From an uncultured Solibacteraceae bacterium (GTDB lineage Bacteria; Acidobacteriota; Vicinamibacteria; Vicinamibacterales; SCN-69-37): a DNA stretch of 48,643 nt. Below the pieces are notes generated by a model that was not told the origin of the DNA, searched no databases, and saw nothing but the letters and a program-made list of their open reading frames with translations. Numbering within the stretch: position 1 is the first letter of the stretch; every line of letters starts with the position of its first letter. Of this stretch, positions 1 to 9,762 are shown piece after piece. The translations under genes and the position numbers were made by a program. The DNA is taken from the NCBI GenBank assembly GCA_964517075.1, contig CAZFAT010000062.1:1-48643 (forward strand), given 5' to 3'.

Positions 1-627
1 CAGCCACTGCGGAATCTGCGTGTGCGTCTTCACCGCGCGGTCCATGCGGACGAGGCTCTCGTCGTTGGCGAGCATCTGCGACGTCTCGAGTTCGCTTGCG
101 TGCCAGCCCGGCGTCTCGTCCGCCGGATTCTCCATCAGGCCCTGGAGCAGGCCGACGTAACGCTCCATGTACGGCACGCAGAAGCCGACCATCGCGCCCG
201 TGTCGTAGCGGATCTTTCTCAGAATCGGATCGACGACCTTGACGTTCGACCCGTGTCCGTTGATGAACACGATCTTGTTGAACCCGTGATGGATCAGGCT
301 CCGGGAGACGTCGTACATCAGCGCCTGGAGCGTGGACGCGCGCACCGTGATGGTGCCGCGCCCCTCGCCCGGGGCCGCCATGTGTTGCGGCGAGTAGCCG
401 GTCCAGATGGGCGGCGTGTGCAGCATGTTGTTGAGGGCCGCGACGCGCGAGGCGACCTGCACCGCGGTGACCGTATCGGTCGAGAGCGGCAGGTGCGGGC
501 CGTGCTGCTCCGTGCTGGCCATCGGCACGAGCACCAGGTCGCAGACCTTCAGGTAGGCCTGGATGTCGGGATAAGCCAGGTCGGCCATGTTGTGAGACGG
601 CAGTTCGACGGGAATCGGCACGGTCAT
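1..627 (-). CDS. creatininase-family amidohydrolase (3' end cut by window edge)
   Basis: Absent from the ORF track because it is open at the edge. My reverse-strand translation from ATG at 627 reads MTVPIPVELPSHNMADLAYPDIQAYLKVCDLVLVPMASTEQHGPHLPLSTDT...SLIHHGFNKIVFINGHGSNV. EQHGPHLPL.TD and NGHG.N are creatininase-family motifs. ATGA start/stop overlap with the upstream gene at 624-627. Confidence 0.7.
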   Translation of the reverse strand, partial: MTVPIPVELPSHNMADLAYPDIQAYLKVCDLVLVPMASTEQHGPHLPLSTDTVTAVQVASRVAALNNMLHTPPIWTGYSPQHMAAPGEGRGTITVRASTLQALMYDVSRSLIHHGFNKIVFINGHGSNVKVVDPILRKIRYDTGAMVGFCVPYMERYVGLLQGLMENPADETPGWHASELETSQMLANDESLVRMDRAVKTHTQIPQWL

Positions 628-1859
628 GAGTTCGGTCCTCGGTGGTCGACGAGCGCGACGAAACGGTCGGCGACCGCCCGTGCGAACTCGGGATCATTGA
701 TGTGGTGGTCGTGAGTGGACACCGGGATGTCCCGGCGGAGATCGGCCCGCAGCGCGGCGAGAAACCCGGCGTCGGCGTCGGGATCCCAGAACTCGCCGCC
801 GGGCACGCTGGGAATGGACAAGCCGCGCGTCGGGACCATCACCGCGACGGGGCCCGTCGCCTCGTTCAACCGCTCGGCGAAAATGCCGCCGAGCTGGCGC
901 ATTTCGTCCGGGCGCGTGCGCACGAGCGTGAACTCGGGATTGTGCAGGTACATCGGCCGGCCGGCGAGCCTCGCCGGGACGGCCTCGGGCCGGCCGTGCA
1001 CCGAGAAATCAATGCAGCCGGGCACGACCACCTGCGGCAGGCCGAGCTGGCCGATGCGGCGCAACCGTGTCGGGCTGGCGGCGTGAAATCCGCCGACCAG
1101 CTCGTCGGTCAGTTCGTCGGTCGTGTAGTCGATGACACCGGCAAACAACCCGGCCTCGGCCAGTTCTTCCATCGCCGGCCCGCCCACGCCGTTCGAGTGA
1201 AAGATCACGGCCTCGAAGCCCCGCTCGTGCAGCCGGTCGCGGATCATCATCACGGCCTTCGTCGTATTGCCGAGCATCGTGATGGCGACGCGCCGCTGAT
1301 CACCCGTCAGCCGCATGGGTCCGCCATGCGTGACCATGCCGGCCAGCGCGGCCGCCACGTTGTCGAAGACAGCCGTGCTGATCGGATTCAGGCCGAGGAT
1401 GTCGACCACCGAGTGCACGACCATCACGTCCTTCGTGCCGATGAGCGGCCCGAACCGCCGATGGCCGGACGCGATGGGCGTGACGATGATCTTCGGAACG
1501 CCAATCGGCAGTCCCATCATCGCGCTCGCGCCCAGCACGGCGCCCTCGGCGCCGCCGAGCGCGGCCGCGCCATCCAAACGCCCTTCCTGGTACAGATTCA
1601 TCGCGAGCGTCCGCAGCCCCGCCAGCATGCCATGCACGGCCTTGCCGCGGCTGCCTGCCTGCTGCAACGCCTCGATCGTGGTCCCACCCAGCCTGGCGAC
1701 CTCGGCGTGCGAGACGTCGGGGACGATGTCGAGCGGCTCGCCGAGGATGCCGGAGTCGGCGACGATGGTGCCGACACCAAGCGCCCGCAGGCGGTCGCGG
1801 ACGTACGCGATCTCGGGCCCCTTCGTGTCGAGTGTACCGATGAGCAGGACGGTTTTCAT
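624..1859 (-). CDS. Tm-1-like ATP-binding protein (UPF0261 family)
   Basis: 411-aa ORF. The N-terminus MKTVLLIGTLDTKGPEIAYVRDRL and overall composition resemble the UPF0261/Tm-1-like family. Translationally coupled to the downstream creatininase-family gene. Confidence 0.75.
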   Translation of the reverse strand: MKTVLLIGTLDTKGPEIAYVRDRLRALGVGTIVADSGILGEPLDIVPDVSHAEVARLGGTTIEALQQAGSRGKAVHGMLAGLRTLAMNLYQEGRLDGAAALGGAEGAVLGASAMMGLPIGVPKIIVTPIASGHRRFGPLIGTKDVMVVHSVVDILGLNPISTAVFDNVAAALAGMVTHGGPMRLTGDQRRVAITMLGNTTKAVMMIRDRLHERGFEAVIFHSNGVGGPAMEELAEAGLFAGVIDYTTDELTDELVGGFHAASPTRLRRIGQLGLPQVVVPGCIDFSVHGRPEAVPARLAGRPMYLHNPEFTLVRTRPDEMRQLGGIFAERLNEATGPVAVMVPTRGLSIPSVPGGEFWDPDADAGFLAALRADLRRDIPVSTHDHHINDPEFARAVADRFVALVDHRGPNS

Positions 1860-1920
1860 GCGGAAGGGCGCAAGGACATTCGGGCCGACCTGAAGGTCGT
1901 CCCCTCCATCGCGGACCTGT

Positions 1921-2805
1921 CTACATGCTCTTCCTGAGCGTCTTGATCGTCTCGTCCACGAGCCAGGTGTAGAACTCGTTCGACAGATCGCCGGTGCCGT
2001 GATCGATCATGAACTTGCGCTCTTCGGGCGTCATGTCGGCCGTCTCGGCCGCGAGCATGTTCGTGTACGGGTTGGCGGGCGTGCGATCGAGCGGCGCGAC
2101 GAACTCCACGGTCAGCGCTCCATCGTAGCCGACCGACTTGAGCGTGTCGATGATGCGCTTCCAGTCGAGCGCGCCCATGCCGCAGGCCATCCGGTTGTTG
2201 TCGGCGACGTGGAAGTCGTTCAGGCGGGACCCGGTGGCCTTGATCGCCGCGAACATGTCCTGCTCCTCGATGTTCATATGAAAACAGTCGAGGCAGACGC
2301 CGCACGTGGGGCCGACCTGCTCGGCGAGGAGCACGGCCTGGTCGTGTCGATTCAGGAAGTAGGTCTCGAAACGATTCAGCGGTTCGATGGCGAGTCGGAC
2401 GCCTTCCTTCATCCCGTGCTCGTAACACTCCTTCAGGCTGGCGACCGCCCACTTCCACTCCTCGTCGGGCGACGCCTCGGGCACGAGCTTGCCGACCGTG
2501 CAGGGGACGATGGTCACTTCCTGCCCGCCGAGCTCCTTCACCATCGTGATGGTGTCCTTGACGTACTTCACCGACATGGCGCGCGAGGCGGGCTGTGACG
2601 CCAGCAGGTTGCGCTCGCCGAGCATCAGCGTGACCGAGCCCCAGCACGTGATGCCGTGCTCGCTCATCAGCGTCCGGACGTGCTTCGTGTCGTACTTCTC
2701 CGGCTCGCCGCTGATCTCGATGGCGTCGTACCCACTCTTGCCCAGCCGGGCAATCGTCACCTCAATCGGCTCGGCTCGCATCCAGTTGTGCATCGCGACG
2801 TGCAT
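1921..2805 (-). CDS. sugar phosphate isomerase/epimerase (xylose isomerase-like TIM barrel)
   Basis: 294-aa ORF with AIEPLNRFETYF, CLDCFHMNIEE and DFHVADNNR metal-ligand style motifs of the AP_endonuc_2/xylose-isomerase-like fold. AGGAGGA Shine-Dalgarno at about 2811-2817 on the minus strand. Confidence 0.85.
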   Translation of the reverse strand: MHVAMHNWMRAEPIEVTIARLGKSGYDAIEISGEPEKYDTKHVRTLMSEHGITCWGSVTLMLGERNLLASQPASRAMSVKYVKDTITMVKELGGQEVTIVPCTVGKLVPEASPDEEWKWAVASLKECYEHGMKEGVRLAIEPLNRFETYFLNRHDQAVLLAEQVGPTCGVCLDCFHMNIEEQDMFAAIKATGSRLNDFHVADNNRMACGMGALDWKRIIDTLKSVGYDGALTVEFVAPLDRTPANPYTNMLAAETADMTPEERKFMIDHGTGDLSNEFYTWLVDETIKTLRKSM

Positions 2806-2824
2806 CGGTCCTCCTGAAAATTCG

Positions 2825-2898
2825 GTAGTTCTCGGTGCTCGGTTCTCGGTTCTGGCTCCCGGTTGCCGACCACCGAAAACCGATGACCGAAAACCAAC
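2825..2898. repeat. heptamer-periodic hairpin element A (GTTCTCG / ACCGAAA type)
   Basis: Left arm GTTCTCG GTGCTCG GTTCTCG GTTCTGG (2828-2855). Right arm CACCGAA AACCGAT GACCGAA AACCAAC (2871-2898). The arms pair in register (2828 with 2894 ... 2850 with 2872). It lies between the stop of the 2904-3836 gene and the SD/start of the 1921-2805 gene. Confidence 0.8.
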
Positions 2899-2903
2899 GT
2901 GTC

Positions 2904-3836
2904 TTACAACCCCTTCAGCCAGATATTCCTGAACTCCACCTTCATCGGCGGCCCCGAGTGCAGTTGCAGGCCGATCAGGCCCTTCATCGACCGGTTCGCC
3001 GCGTCATCGTCCACGAAGGCGGCCATGACGCGGCCGTTGAGGATGTGGATCAGCACCGTACCGCGCGCGATGACGTGGAACTGGTTCCAGTCGTTCTGCT
3101 TGATGTGCGCCTGGAGCGCCGCGCCGTCCTCGAGGGCGGCGAGCTGGCCGCGCGGACCAGGCGCCGGCGCACCCGCGGCCGGCGGCGTCTGGCCGCGCTG
3201 TCCCGCCGGCGGCTGGTTCAGGCCGACGTAGCCGAGCGTGCCGCGCGGCGCGAGGAACGCGCGCCCGCGCTCCTCATAGAGCATCCCCGTGTATTGATTG
3301 TTGAAGTCGATGTCCGCCTGGTACCCCTTCAACACCCACTTGGCGACCTCGGGCATCTCGACGCTTCGGTACTGCACGCCCGTGTTGCCGCCGCTGATCC
3401 GGAACTCGACCTTCAGCTCGAAGTCCGCCGGCTCGCCGCCACGCCAGACGATGAAGGTGTTGGGCTTGACGACCTTCTCCGGCGTGCTCTCACCGGTGAT
3501 GGCGCCGTTCTCCACGCGCCAGAACTGGGGATCGCCATCCCAGCCGGCGAGCGTCTTGCCATTGAAGATGGGCTTGAAGCCGCTCTGGTCGGTGAAGGGA
3601 ATCGGCGCGCCGCCGCGGCCGCCGCCCCCGTCCCCGCCGCCGCGACGGCCTCCCCGGGCGCCTCGACCCGCGTCCTGATCCTGCCCGGCGGCCGATGCCG
3701 GAGCCGCGCCCTGATCCGGCGCGGCCGCGGCCGACGCCTCGTCAGTACTCAGGAGCGAGCCCGACCACCCGGCCGTCAGCCCGACGGCAACGGCTGCCCC
3801 GATCGCAAGTCGACGAGTGCGCGGTAAGTGCCCCAT
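2904..3836 (-). CDS. secreted DUF1080 (3-keto-disaccharide hydrolase-like) domain protein
   Basis: C-terminal 230 aa match the DUF1080 pattern ([15 protein letters not shown]...[11 protein letters not shown]...[17 protein letters not shown]...[23 protein letters not shown]). I use the internal ATG at 3836 ([20 protein letters not shown], signal/Tat-like) because GGAGGAAG lies 7 nt upstream. The track ORF extends to 3968. Confidence 0.8.
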   Translation of the reverse strand: MGHLPRTRRLAIGAAVAVGLTAGWSGSLLSTDEASAAAAPDQGAAPASAAGQDQDAGRGARGGRRGGGDGGGGRGGAPIPFTDQSGFKPIFNGKTLAGWDGDPQFWRVENGAITGESTPEKVVKPNTFIVWRGGEPADFELKVEFRISGGNTGVQYRSVEMPEVAKWVLKGYQADIDFNNQYTGMLYEERGRAFLAPRGTLGYVGLNQPPAGQRGQTPPAAGAPAPGPRGQLAALEDGAALQAHIKQNDWNQFHVIARGTVLIHILNGRVMAAFVDDDAANRSMKGLIGLQLHSGPPMKVEFRNIWLKGL

Positions 3837-3915
3837 GGCTGCTTCCTCCGAAGTCAGCCGCGGACGCGGCTGGAATGGGCCGGAAATGTGCCGGAGAGCA
3901 TAACATGCGGGTTGC

Positions 3916-4680
3916 GTGTCCTCGACCACACCCGTTGCCCGGCCCACTCGCGTCCAGCTGCTGGTCACGTGCCTCGTCGATCGGCTCTACCCGGACACGG
4001 GCATCGCCGTGGCGACCGTGCTCGAACGGCTCGGCCTCGAGGTCCACTGCCCGCCGGCGCAGACCTGCTGCGGCCAGCCGGCGTTCAACGCCGGTTTCAC
4101 CGACGAAGCCCGGGCCCTCGCCCGCCACACCATCGACGTGCTCTCCGAACGCGACGATCCGATCGTCATTCCGTCCGGATCCTGCGGCGACATGGTGATC
4201 CACCAGTACGAAGCGCTCCTGGCCGACGAGCCGGCCTACGCCGAGCGCGCCCGCGCGGTGGCGCACCGGACCCACGAGTTCACGCAGTTCCTGGTGAACG
4301 TGCTGGGCGTGATGGACGTCGGCGCCTTCTCGCGCGGCACCATCGCATATCACGCCTGCTGTCACGGGCTGCGCGGTCTTGGGGTCAAGGACGAGCCGGT
4401 GGCGCTGCTCAGTCACGTCCAGGGCGCCACCCTCTGCCCGCTCGCGGAGAGCGACGTCTGCTGCGGTTTCGGCGGATTGTTCGCCATCAAGATGGCGAAC
4501 ATTTCGTCGGCCATGCTCGCGCGAAAGCTTGCCAGCATCCAGCAGGCGCAGCCTGGCGCCGTGGCGGTGACCGACGTCAGCTGTCTCATGCACATGGCGG
4601 GCGGACTCCGCCGGGCCGGCAGCCCGGTCGAGGTGCGTCATATCGCCGACATCCTCGCCGACTCGCTCCCACCGGCATGA
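3916..4680 (+). CDS. lutA: L-lactate utilisation protein LutA ((Fe-S)-binding CCG-domain oxidoreductase)
   Basis: 254 aa with [24 protein letters not shown] and CCGFGG motifs typical of LutA/YkgE. GTG start. TGA overlaps the ATG of the next gene (ATGA at 4677-4680). Confidence 0.85.
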   Translation: MSSTTPVARPTRVQLLVTCLVDRLYPDTGIAVATVLERLGLEVHCPPAQTCCGQPAFNAGFTDEARALARHTIDVLSERDDPIVIPSGSCGDMVIHQYEALLADEPAYAERARAVAHRTHEFTQFLVNVLGVMDVGAFSRGTIAYHACCHGLRGLGVKDEPVALLSHVQGATLCPLAESDVCCGFGGLFAIKMANISSAMLARKLASIQQAQPGAVAVTDVSCLMHMAGGLRRAGSPVEVRHIADILADSLPPA

Positions 4681-6137
4681 TCGCCCCCGTGTCGTTCCAC
4701 CGGCGCGCGGAAGAGGCGCTGGGCAACGCCCGGCTGCGCGGCGCGCTCCGAAGCGTCAGCTCGCGCGTGCTGGCCTCGCGGGCCGCGGCGCTCGAGGAAC
4801 TGCCGTCGGCCGATGGCTGGCGCGATCACGCCCGGCGCATCCGGGCCCACACACTGGCGCGCCTCGACACCTACCTCGACCAGTTCATCGTCGCGGTCGA
4901 GGCCCGGGGCGGCCACGTCCACTACGCGCGGACGGCCGACGATGCCGTGCGGTACGTGTGCGACCTCGCGCGGGCGCGCGGGTTGCGGCTGGCGGTGAAG
5001 TCGAAGTCGATGATCAGCGAGGAGATCCTGCTGAACCATCACCTCGAACAGGCGGGCGTCCGCGTCGTCGAAACCGATCTCGGCGAGTTCGTGGTCCAGC
5101 TCGCCGGCGAGCATCCGTCGCACATCGTGATGCCGATCATCCACAAGACGAAGGACGACGTGGCGGAGCTGTTCCGGCGCCAACTGGGCGCCACCGCCGA
5201 GGACCTGGCGGACGTCGAACGCATGACGCAGTTCGCGCGCCGCATCCTCCGCACCGAGTTCCTGCACGCCGACCTCGGCGTCAGCGGCGTCAATTTCGGC
5301 GTCGCCGAGACCGGCAGCCTCTGCATCGCGACGAACGAGGGCAACGGCCGGCTGGTGACATCGCTGCCGCGCGTGCACGTGGCGATGATGGGCATCGAGC
5401 GGCTGGTGCCGACGCTGCCCGACCTGGCCGTGATGCTGCAGGTGCTGGCCCGGAGCGCCACCGGCCAGCGCCTCACGGTCTACACGAACATCATCAACGG
5501 CCCGAGGCCCCGCGGCGAAGCCGACGGCCCGGAGGAACTGCACGTCGTCCTGCTCGACAACGGCCGATCGCGCGTCCTCGGATCCGAACTGGCGGAGATT
5601 CTGTACTGCATCCGGTGCGGCGCGTGCCTGACCGCGTGTCCCGTCTATCAGCAGATTGGCGGGCACGCCTACGGCAGCATCTACTCCGGCCCCGTCGGCG
5701 CCGTGCTGACGCCCGCGCTGAAGGGTGTCGCCGACGCGGTCGACCTGCCGCACGCGAGCAGCCTGTGCGGCGCGTGCCGCGAGGTCTGCCCCGTGCGGAT
5801 CGACATCCCGCGCATGCTGCTGGCGCTGCGCGCGGACCCGGCGTCCGTCACGGCCACGCCCCGCTGGATCCGCCTCGGCATGCGCCTGTACGCGTGGCTG
5901 GGCACACGGCCGAGGCTGTTCCGGACAGCCGGCCGCGTGGCGGCGGCCGCGACGAGACTCACGGCGCGCGACGGCTGGATCCGCCGGCTCCCCGGCCCCT
6001 TGCGCGGATGGACGACGACGCGGGACTTTCCCGCGATGGCAGGTCGGTCCTTTCAGCAGCGTTGGGCCGATCGGACACCCAGGCGGTCGGCGTCGGGCAT
6101 GGCGGAGCCGCCGACGGATGCCGGGCGGCGCGAATGA
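4677..6137 (+). CDS. lutB: L-lactate utilisation iron-sulfur protein LutB
   Basis: In-frame ATG at 4677 inside the 769-aa track ORF. The sequence [25 protein letters not shown]..., the ferredoxin motif CIRCGACLTACPVY and a second CGACREVCPV cluster match LutB/YkgF. The first 283 aa of the track ORF overlap lutA out of frame and are rejected. Confidence 0.85.
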   Translation: MIAPVSFHRRAEEALGNARLRGALRSVSSRVLASRAAALEELPSADGWRDHARRIRAHTLARLDTYLDQFIVAVEARGGHVHYARTADDAVRYVCDLARARGLRLAVKSKSMISEEILLNHHLEQAGVRVVETDLGEFVVQLAGEHPSHIVMPIIHKTKDDVAELFRRQLGATAEDLADVERMTQFARRILRTEFLHADLGVSGVNFGVAETGSLCIATNEGNGRLVTSLPRVHVAMMGIERLVPTLPDLAVMLQVLARSATGQRLTVYTNIINGPRPRGEADGPEELHVVLLDNGRSRVLGSELAEILYCIRCGACLTACPVYQQIGGHAYGSIYSGPVGAVLTPALKGVADAVDLPHASSLCGACREVCPVRIDIPRMLLALRADPASVTATPRWIRLGMRLYAWLGTRPRLFRTAGRVAAAATRLTARDGWIRRLPGPLRGWTTTRDFPAMAGRSFQQRWADRTPRRSASGMAEPPTDAGRRE

Positions 6138-6832
6138 CGGAAGACGAACGCGCGCGCGTGCGCCAGCTCCTGCGCGCGGCCGTCGCACAGGCGCGCCTGC
6201 CCGACGCGCTGTTCGAACATCCGGGCTCCGTGCCCGTGCCGGCCGGCACGACGGGCCACATGGTGGAACGCTTCTCGGGGCAGCTCACCGCCCTGGGCGG
6301 CGCCGTGCACGAAGCGGACACGCCGGAAGCGATCGCGCTGCTCGTCGCGTCCATGGCACGACGTGAGGCGGCCCGGCAGCCATCAACCGGCGCGCCTGGC
6401 GTGCTGCTGTGGAACGAGGACCGCCTGCCCGTGCCCGGACTGGGCACCGCCCTGAGAGGTCTCGGTCTGCGGATGCTGTTTCAGTCCGACACGGACCTCT
6501 CATCGACGGCACGGCGCGCCGAACTGGCCGGCGCGCTCGTGGGCATCACGAGCGCGGCGGCCGCTCTCGCGGAAACCGGATCGCTCGTGCTGGCCTCGGG
6601 CCCCGGTCGCGGCCGGCTGGCGTCGCTGCTGCCGCCGATTCACGTCGCGCTCCTCGAACGCCGGCTCATCGTCGAGTCCCTGCCGGACTTGATCGCCCAG
6701 CGACCGGAGGTCATGACGTCAGGAGCCAATGTGGTCTGCATCACGGGACCGAGCCGCACGGCCGACATCGAACACACGCTCACCCGGGGGGTGCATGGGC
6801 CAAGGGAAGTTCATGTGGTGCTCGTGAATTGA
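6134..6832 (+). CDS. lutC: L-lactate utilisation protein LutC (LUD domain)
   Basis: ATG at 6134 forms an ATGA overlap with the lutB stop. The C-terminal GANVVCITGPSRTADIEHTLTRGVHGPREVHVVLV is the LUD-domain signature. Gene order lutA-lutB-lutC. Confidence 0.8.
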   Translation: MTEDERARVRQLLRAAVAQARLPDALFEHPGSVPVPAGTTGHMVERFSGQLTALGGAVHEADTPEAIALLVASMARREAARQPSTGAPGVLLWNEDRLPVPGLGTALRGLGLRMLFQSDTDLSSTARRAELAGALVGITSAAAALAETGSLVLASGPGRGRLASLLPPIHVALLERRLIVESLPDLIAQRPEVMTSGANVVCITGPSRTADIEHTLTRGVHGPREVHVVLVN

Positions 6833-6843
6833 CGATTGAATCC

Positions 6844-9762
6844 ATGTCCAAGCCGCGCGTCGTCGTTCTCGCCGTAGTCCTCGGCGTGCTGGTCGCGCAG
6901 GCCGACGGCAGGTCCCAGGGGCTCCTCCGAAACCAGCTCGCCGGCATGGTCGACCAGACGGTCGCCGGCGTCCGATTCCGCACGCAGCCGGGCTTCGTCA
7001 TCGAGCGGGTGACGCCGGCCACCAGGATTGACAGCTACATCGTCATCACGTTCGACAGCCGTGGACGGCTGGTCGTGTCGAAGGAGAACGACACGCCGCG
7101 CATGCTGCTCGACCACGACGGCGACGGCGTCTACGAAGTCGACGCCAGCATCACGGAGCGGGTACGCAACTGCCAGGGCCTGTGGTTCGACGGTCCGACG
7201 CTGTACGGCGCCTGCGCGGAAGCGCCTGCGCCTGCGGCTCCTGGTGCCGCCGTGCCGCAGGGCCGCGGCAACCAGGCCACGGCGCCCGCCGGCATCTTCC
7301 GGATGACCGACACGAACGGCGACGACGTCACCGACACGTTCGAGATGCTGGCGCGGCTGGGGCGGATTCAGGAGCACGGGCCGCACGCCATTCGCCGCGC
7401 GCCCGACGGCGGCGTCATGGTGCTGGTCGGCAACAACGAGACCATCCCGGATGCGGCCCTGGATCTGACGTCGCCGGTCCTGCGGGACCGTGACGGCCAG
7501 TTCCTGCCCCCCCTGCCGGGTCAGGGCGCGAGCCGTCGCGAAGGCGCGCACAGCGCGCTCTTCGCGTGGCACGAAACGACCAGAAGGTTCGCGGTGTTCT
7601 CGGGCGGGAACCGCAACGCGTACGACTTCGCGTTCAACCTCTCGGGCGAGGCGTTTCTGTTCGACAGCGACAACGAAGCGGACATCGGCACGCCGTGGTA
7701 CCGCGAAGTGCGGACGGTCCATCAGATCCCGAATGGCAACTACGGCTACCGCAACAGCTCCGGCAAGTATCCGGCCTACTACCTGGACTCGCTGCCGCCC
7801 GTGCGCGACATCGGACGCGGATCGCCGGTCGGTGTCGAAACCTACTCGAGCTATACGTACCCACGCGAGTACTTCGAGACCCTGTTTGAAGCGGACTGGT
7901 CACGCGGCCGACTGCTCTTCACGACGCTCACGCCGAGTGGCGCGACGTTCCGCGCGAGGCCGGATCCCGCTGAGTTCGTTCATGGCGAACCGCTAAACAT
8001 CACGGACGTGGAAGTCGGGCCGGACGGTCTCCTCTATTTCACGACGGGAGGACGCACCACGGAGGGCGGTGTCTGGCGCGTCCGCTACACGGGACGCACG
8101 CCAGCCCGTCCCGAACCGACGGGCATCCTCGCCGTCGTCAGGCAGCCGCAGCCGTTGTCGAGCTGGGGCTGGCAGGCGATCGAAGACGTGAAGAGGGCGA
8201 TGACCGCCGCGAGCTTCGGCGCGCACCTGGAACGGCTCGCTCGGGACACGTCGGCCGACGGCATGGACCGGGCGCGCGCCGTCTACGAGCTGCAGCGGCA
8301 CGGCCCGGCGCCCTCGACCGCGCTCCTCCGCGCGCTCGTCAGCGACCGTGACGCCGCCGTCCGCGCGGCCGTGATGTACGTCGCTGGCGTTCAGGGCGAG
8401 ACCGCCGCGGCGGACGCGGCCGCCATTGCTGCTGCCGGACTGCGGGATCGCGATCCGGTGGTGAAGCGCCGCGCCGCCGAGGCGCTCGTTGGCCTGGGAC
8501 AGGCGCCGGATCGCCCGAGCCTCGCCCCCGTCGCCGACGTCCTCGCACTCCTGAACCATCCGGACCGGTTCGTCCGCTGGTCCGGACGGATTCTCGTCGA
8601 GCAGACACCGCGCGCGGACTGGACGAATCGCGTGCTGGCGGAGACGAACCCGCTCGGCGCGATCGACGGCATGCTGGCCTGGGTTCGCACGGCCGGAGCC
8701 GAGAGCCTCGATCCCGTCCTCGAGACGCAGCTCGCTCTGCTGGCGCGGACCGGCCTGTCAGTGACCAACCGGCTCCGGCTCTACCGCGCGTTCATGTACA
8801 CGACGACTGAGATACCTGGCGGCCTGTCAGCGGTGCATCGCCGCCGGCTCCACGACCTGATCGCGGGCCAGTTCCCGGCGACGGACGAACGGCTGAACCG
8901 CGAGCTTGCACTGATGCTGGCGTATGCCGGACAGACCGACGGCATCGACGAGGTACTCGCGGCGATGCCCGCGGGCAATGACAACCAGCCCCTGCAGCTC
9001 CACTATCTGTACGCACTGCGCACGGTTCGGCAGGGCTGGACGACGGCGCAGAAGACCGCGGTTGCCGATGTGCTCGGCCGGGGCAGCCGCTGGCGCGGCG
9101 GATCCCGGTTCGCGGACTTCCTGGCGGCGATCTACGACCCGCTGGCGGAACTGTACGCCACCGATGCCGAGCGGCAGATCCTGCACGCCCGCGCGCCCGA
9201 CTTCGCGCCGCTCGCGCCGCGCGAGGCCACGACCGTCCCGGCGGGCGGCCGCGGCCGGGCCGGCAACCCCATCGTGGCGCGCACGCAGGGCCGCGTCCTG
9301 AACAAGGGAGAGATCTTCGACGATGTGATCTACACGCCGCGCACGGAGCGCCCGGCCCCGGAGTCGGGCCGGACGATCTTCCAGGCGCACTGCGCGTCGT
9401 GCCATCGCATGGGCAGCGTCGGGACGGATCACGGCGTGGCAGCCTTGAATCTGACCTCGCTCGCGCCAGCCCTCGAGCGCCGTGCGCTGCTCGAGTCGAT
9501 CATGTTCCCGTCGCGGCGCGTGGGCACGGGCCAGGAGTCAACCGTGGTCGTCGCCAGCGACGGGCGGACCAGCACCGGCCTGGTCATCCGGGACGACGCC
9601 GGCGCGGTCACCCTGCTCACGGCTGACGGCACGACGGTCGACATCACGAAGCCGGTCCGTTCCCGGCGCCGGGTCGGGACGACGATCATGACCGACGCCC
9701 TCACAGATGCGATGACCCAGGCGGACCTGTCGGCCTTGCTGGCCTTCCTGCGGGCGCAATGA
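6844..9762 (+). CDS. secreted beta-propeller / HEAT-repeat / cytochrome c (CxxCH) protein (membrane-bound dehydrogenase-like heme-binding family)
   Basis: ATG at 6844 gives the signal peptide MSKPRVVVLAVVLGVLVAQA. The mid region carries HEAT-like repeats (DRDAAVRAAVMYVAG, RDRDPVVKRRAAEALVGLG). The C-terminus has the heme motif CASCH (FQAHCASCHRMGSVG). The upstream 145 aa of the track ORF overlap lutC and are rejected. Confidence 0.75.
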   Translation: MSKPRVVVLAVVLGVLVAQADGRSQGLLRNQLAGMVDQTVAGVRFRTQPGFVIERVTPATRIDSYIVITFDSRGRLVVSKENDTPRMLLDHDGDGVYEVDASITERVRNCQGLWFDGPTLYGACAEAPAPAAPGAAVPQGRGNQATAPAGIFRMTDTNGDDVTDTFEMLARLGRIQEHGPHAIRRAPDGGVMVLVGNNETIPDAALDLTSPVLRDRDGQFLPPLPGQGASRREGAHSALFAWHETTRRFAVFSGGNRNAYDFAFNLSGEAFLFDSDNEADIGTPWYREVRTVHQIPNGNYGYRNSSGKYPAYYLDSLPPVRDIGRGSPVGVETYSSYTYPREYFETLFEADWSRGRLLFTTLTPSGATFRARPDPAEFVHGEPLNITDVEVGPDGLLYFTTGGRTTEGGVWRVRYTGRTPARPEPTGILAVVRQPQPLSSWGWQAIEDVKRAMTAASFGAHLERLARDTSADGMDRARAVYELQRHGPAPSTALLRALVSDRDAAVRAAVMYVAGVQGETAAADAAAIAAAGLRDRDPVVKRRAAEALVGLGQAPDRPSLAPVADVLALLNHPDRFVRWSGRILVEQTPRADWTNRVLAETNPLGAIDGMLAWVRTAGAESLDPVLETQLALLARTGLSVTNRLRLYRAFMYTTTEIPGGLSAVHRRRLHDLIAGQFPATDERLNRELALMLAYAGQTDGIDEVLAAMPAGNDNQPLQLHYLYALRTVRQGWTTAQKTAVADVLGRGSRWRGGSRFADFLAAIYDPLAELYATDAERQILHARAPDFAPLAPREATTVPAGGRGRAGNPIVARTQGRVLNKGEIFDDVIYTPRTERPAPESGRTIFQAHCASCHRMGSVGTDHGVAALNLTSLAPALERRALLESIMFPSRRVGTGQESTVVVASDGRTSTGLVIRDDAGAVTLLTADGTTVDITKPVRSRRRVGTTIMTDALTDAMTQADLSALLAFLRAQ

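Noticed and set aside
22-714. 230-aa plus-strand ORF at the left edge
   Set aside because: It is antisense to a reverse-strand reading frame with clear creatininase-family motifs. Its own sequence is Arg/His/Val/Asp-rich with no recognisable motif.
642-1937. 431-aa plus-strand ORF (and nested ORFs at 715-1086 and 1315-1893)
   Set aside because: Shadow ORFs opposite the Tm-1-like gene. Their composition is dominated by R, A, G, P, H and D, typical of antisense frames in high-GC DNA.
3828-4676. N-terminal 283 aa of the 769-aa ORF containing lutB (similarly 4958-6133 for lutC and 6409-6843 for the cytochrome protein)
   Set aside because: These extensions overlap the preceding well-supported genes out of frame and are Arg/Pro-rich junk. 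In-frame ATGs forming ATGA overlaps, or followed by a signal peptide, give proteins of the normal family length.
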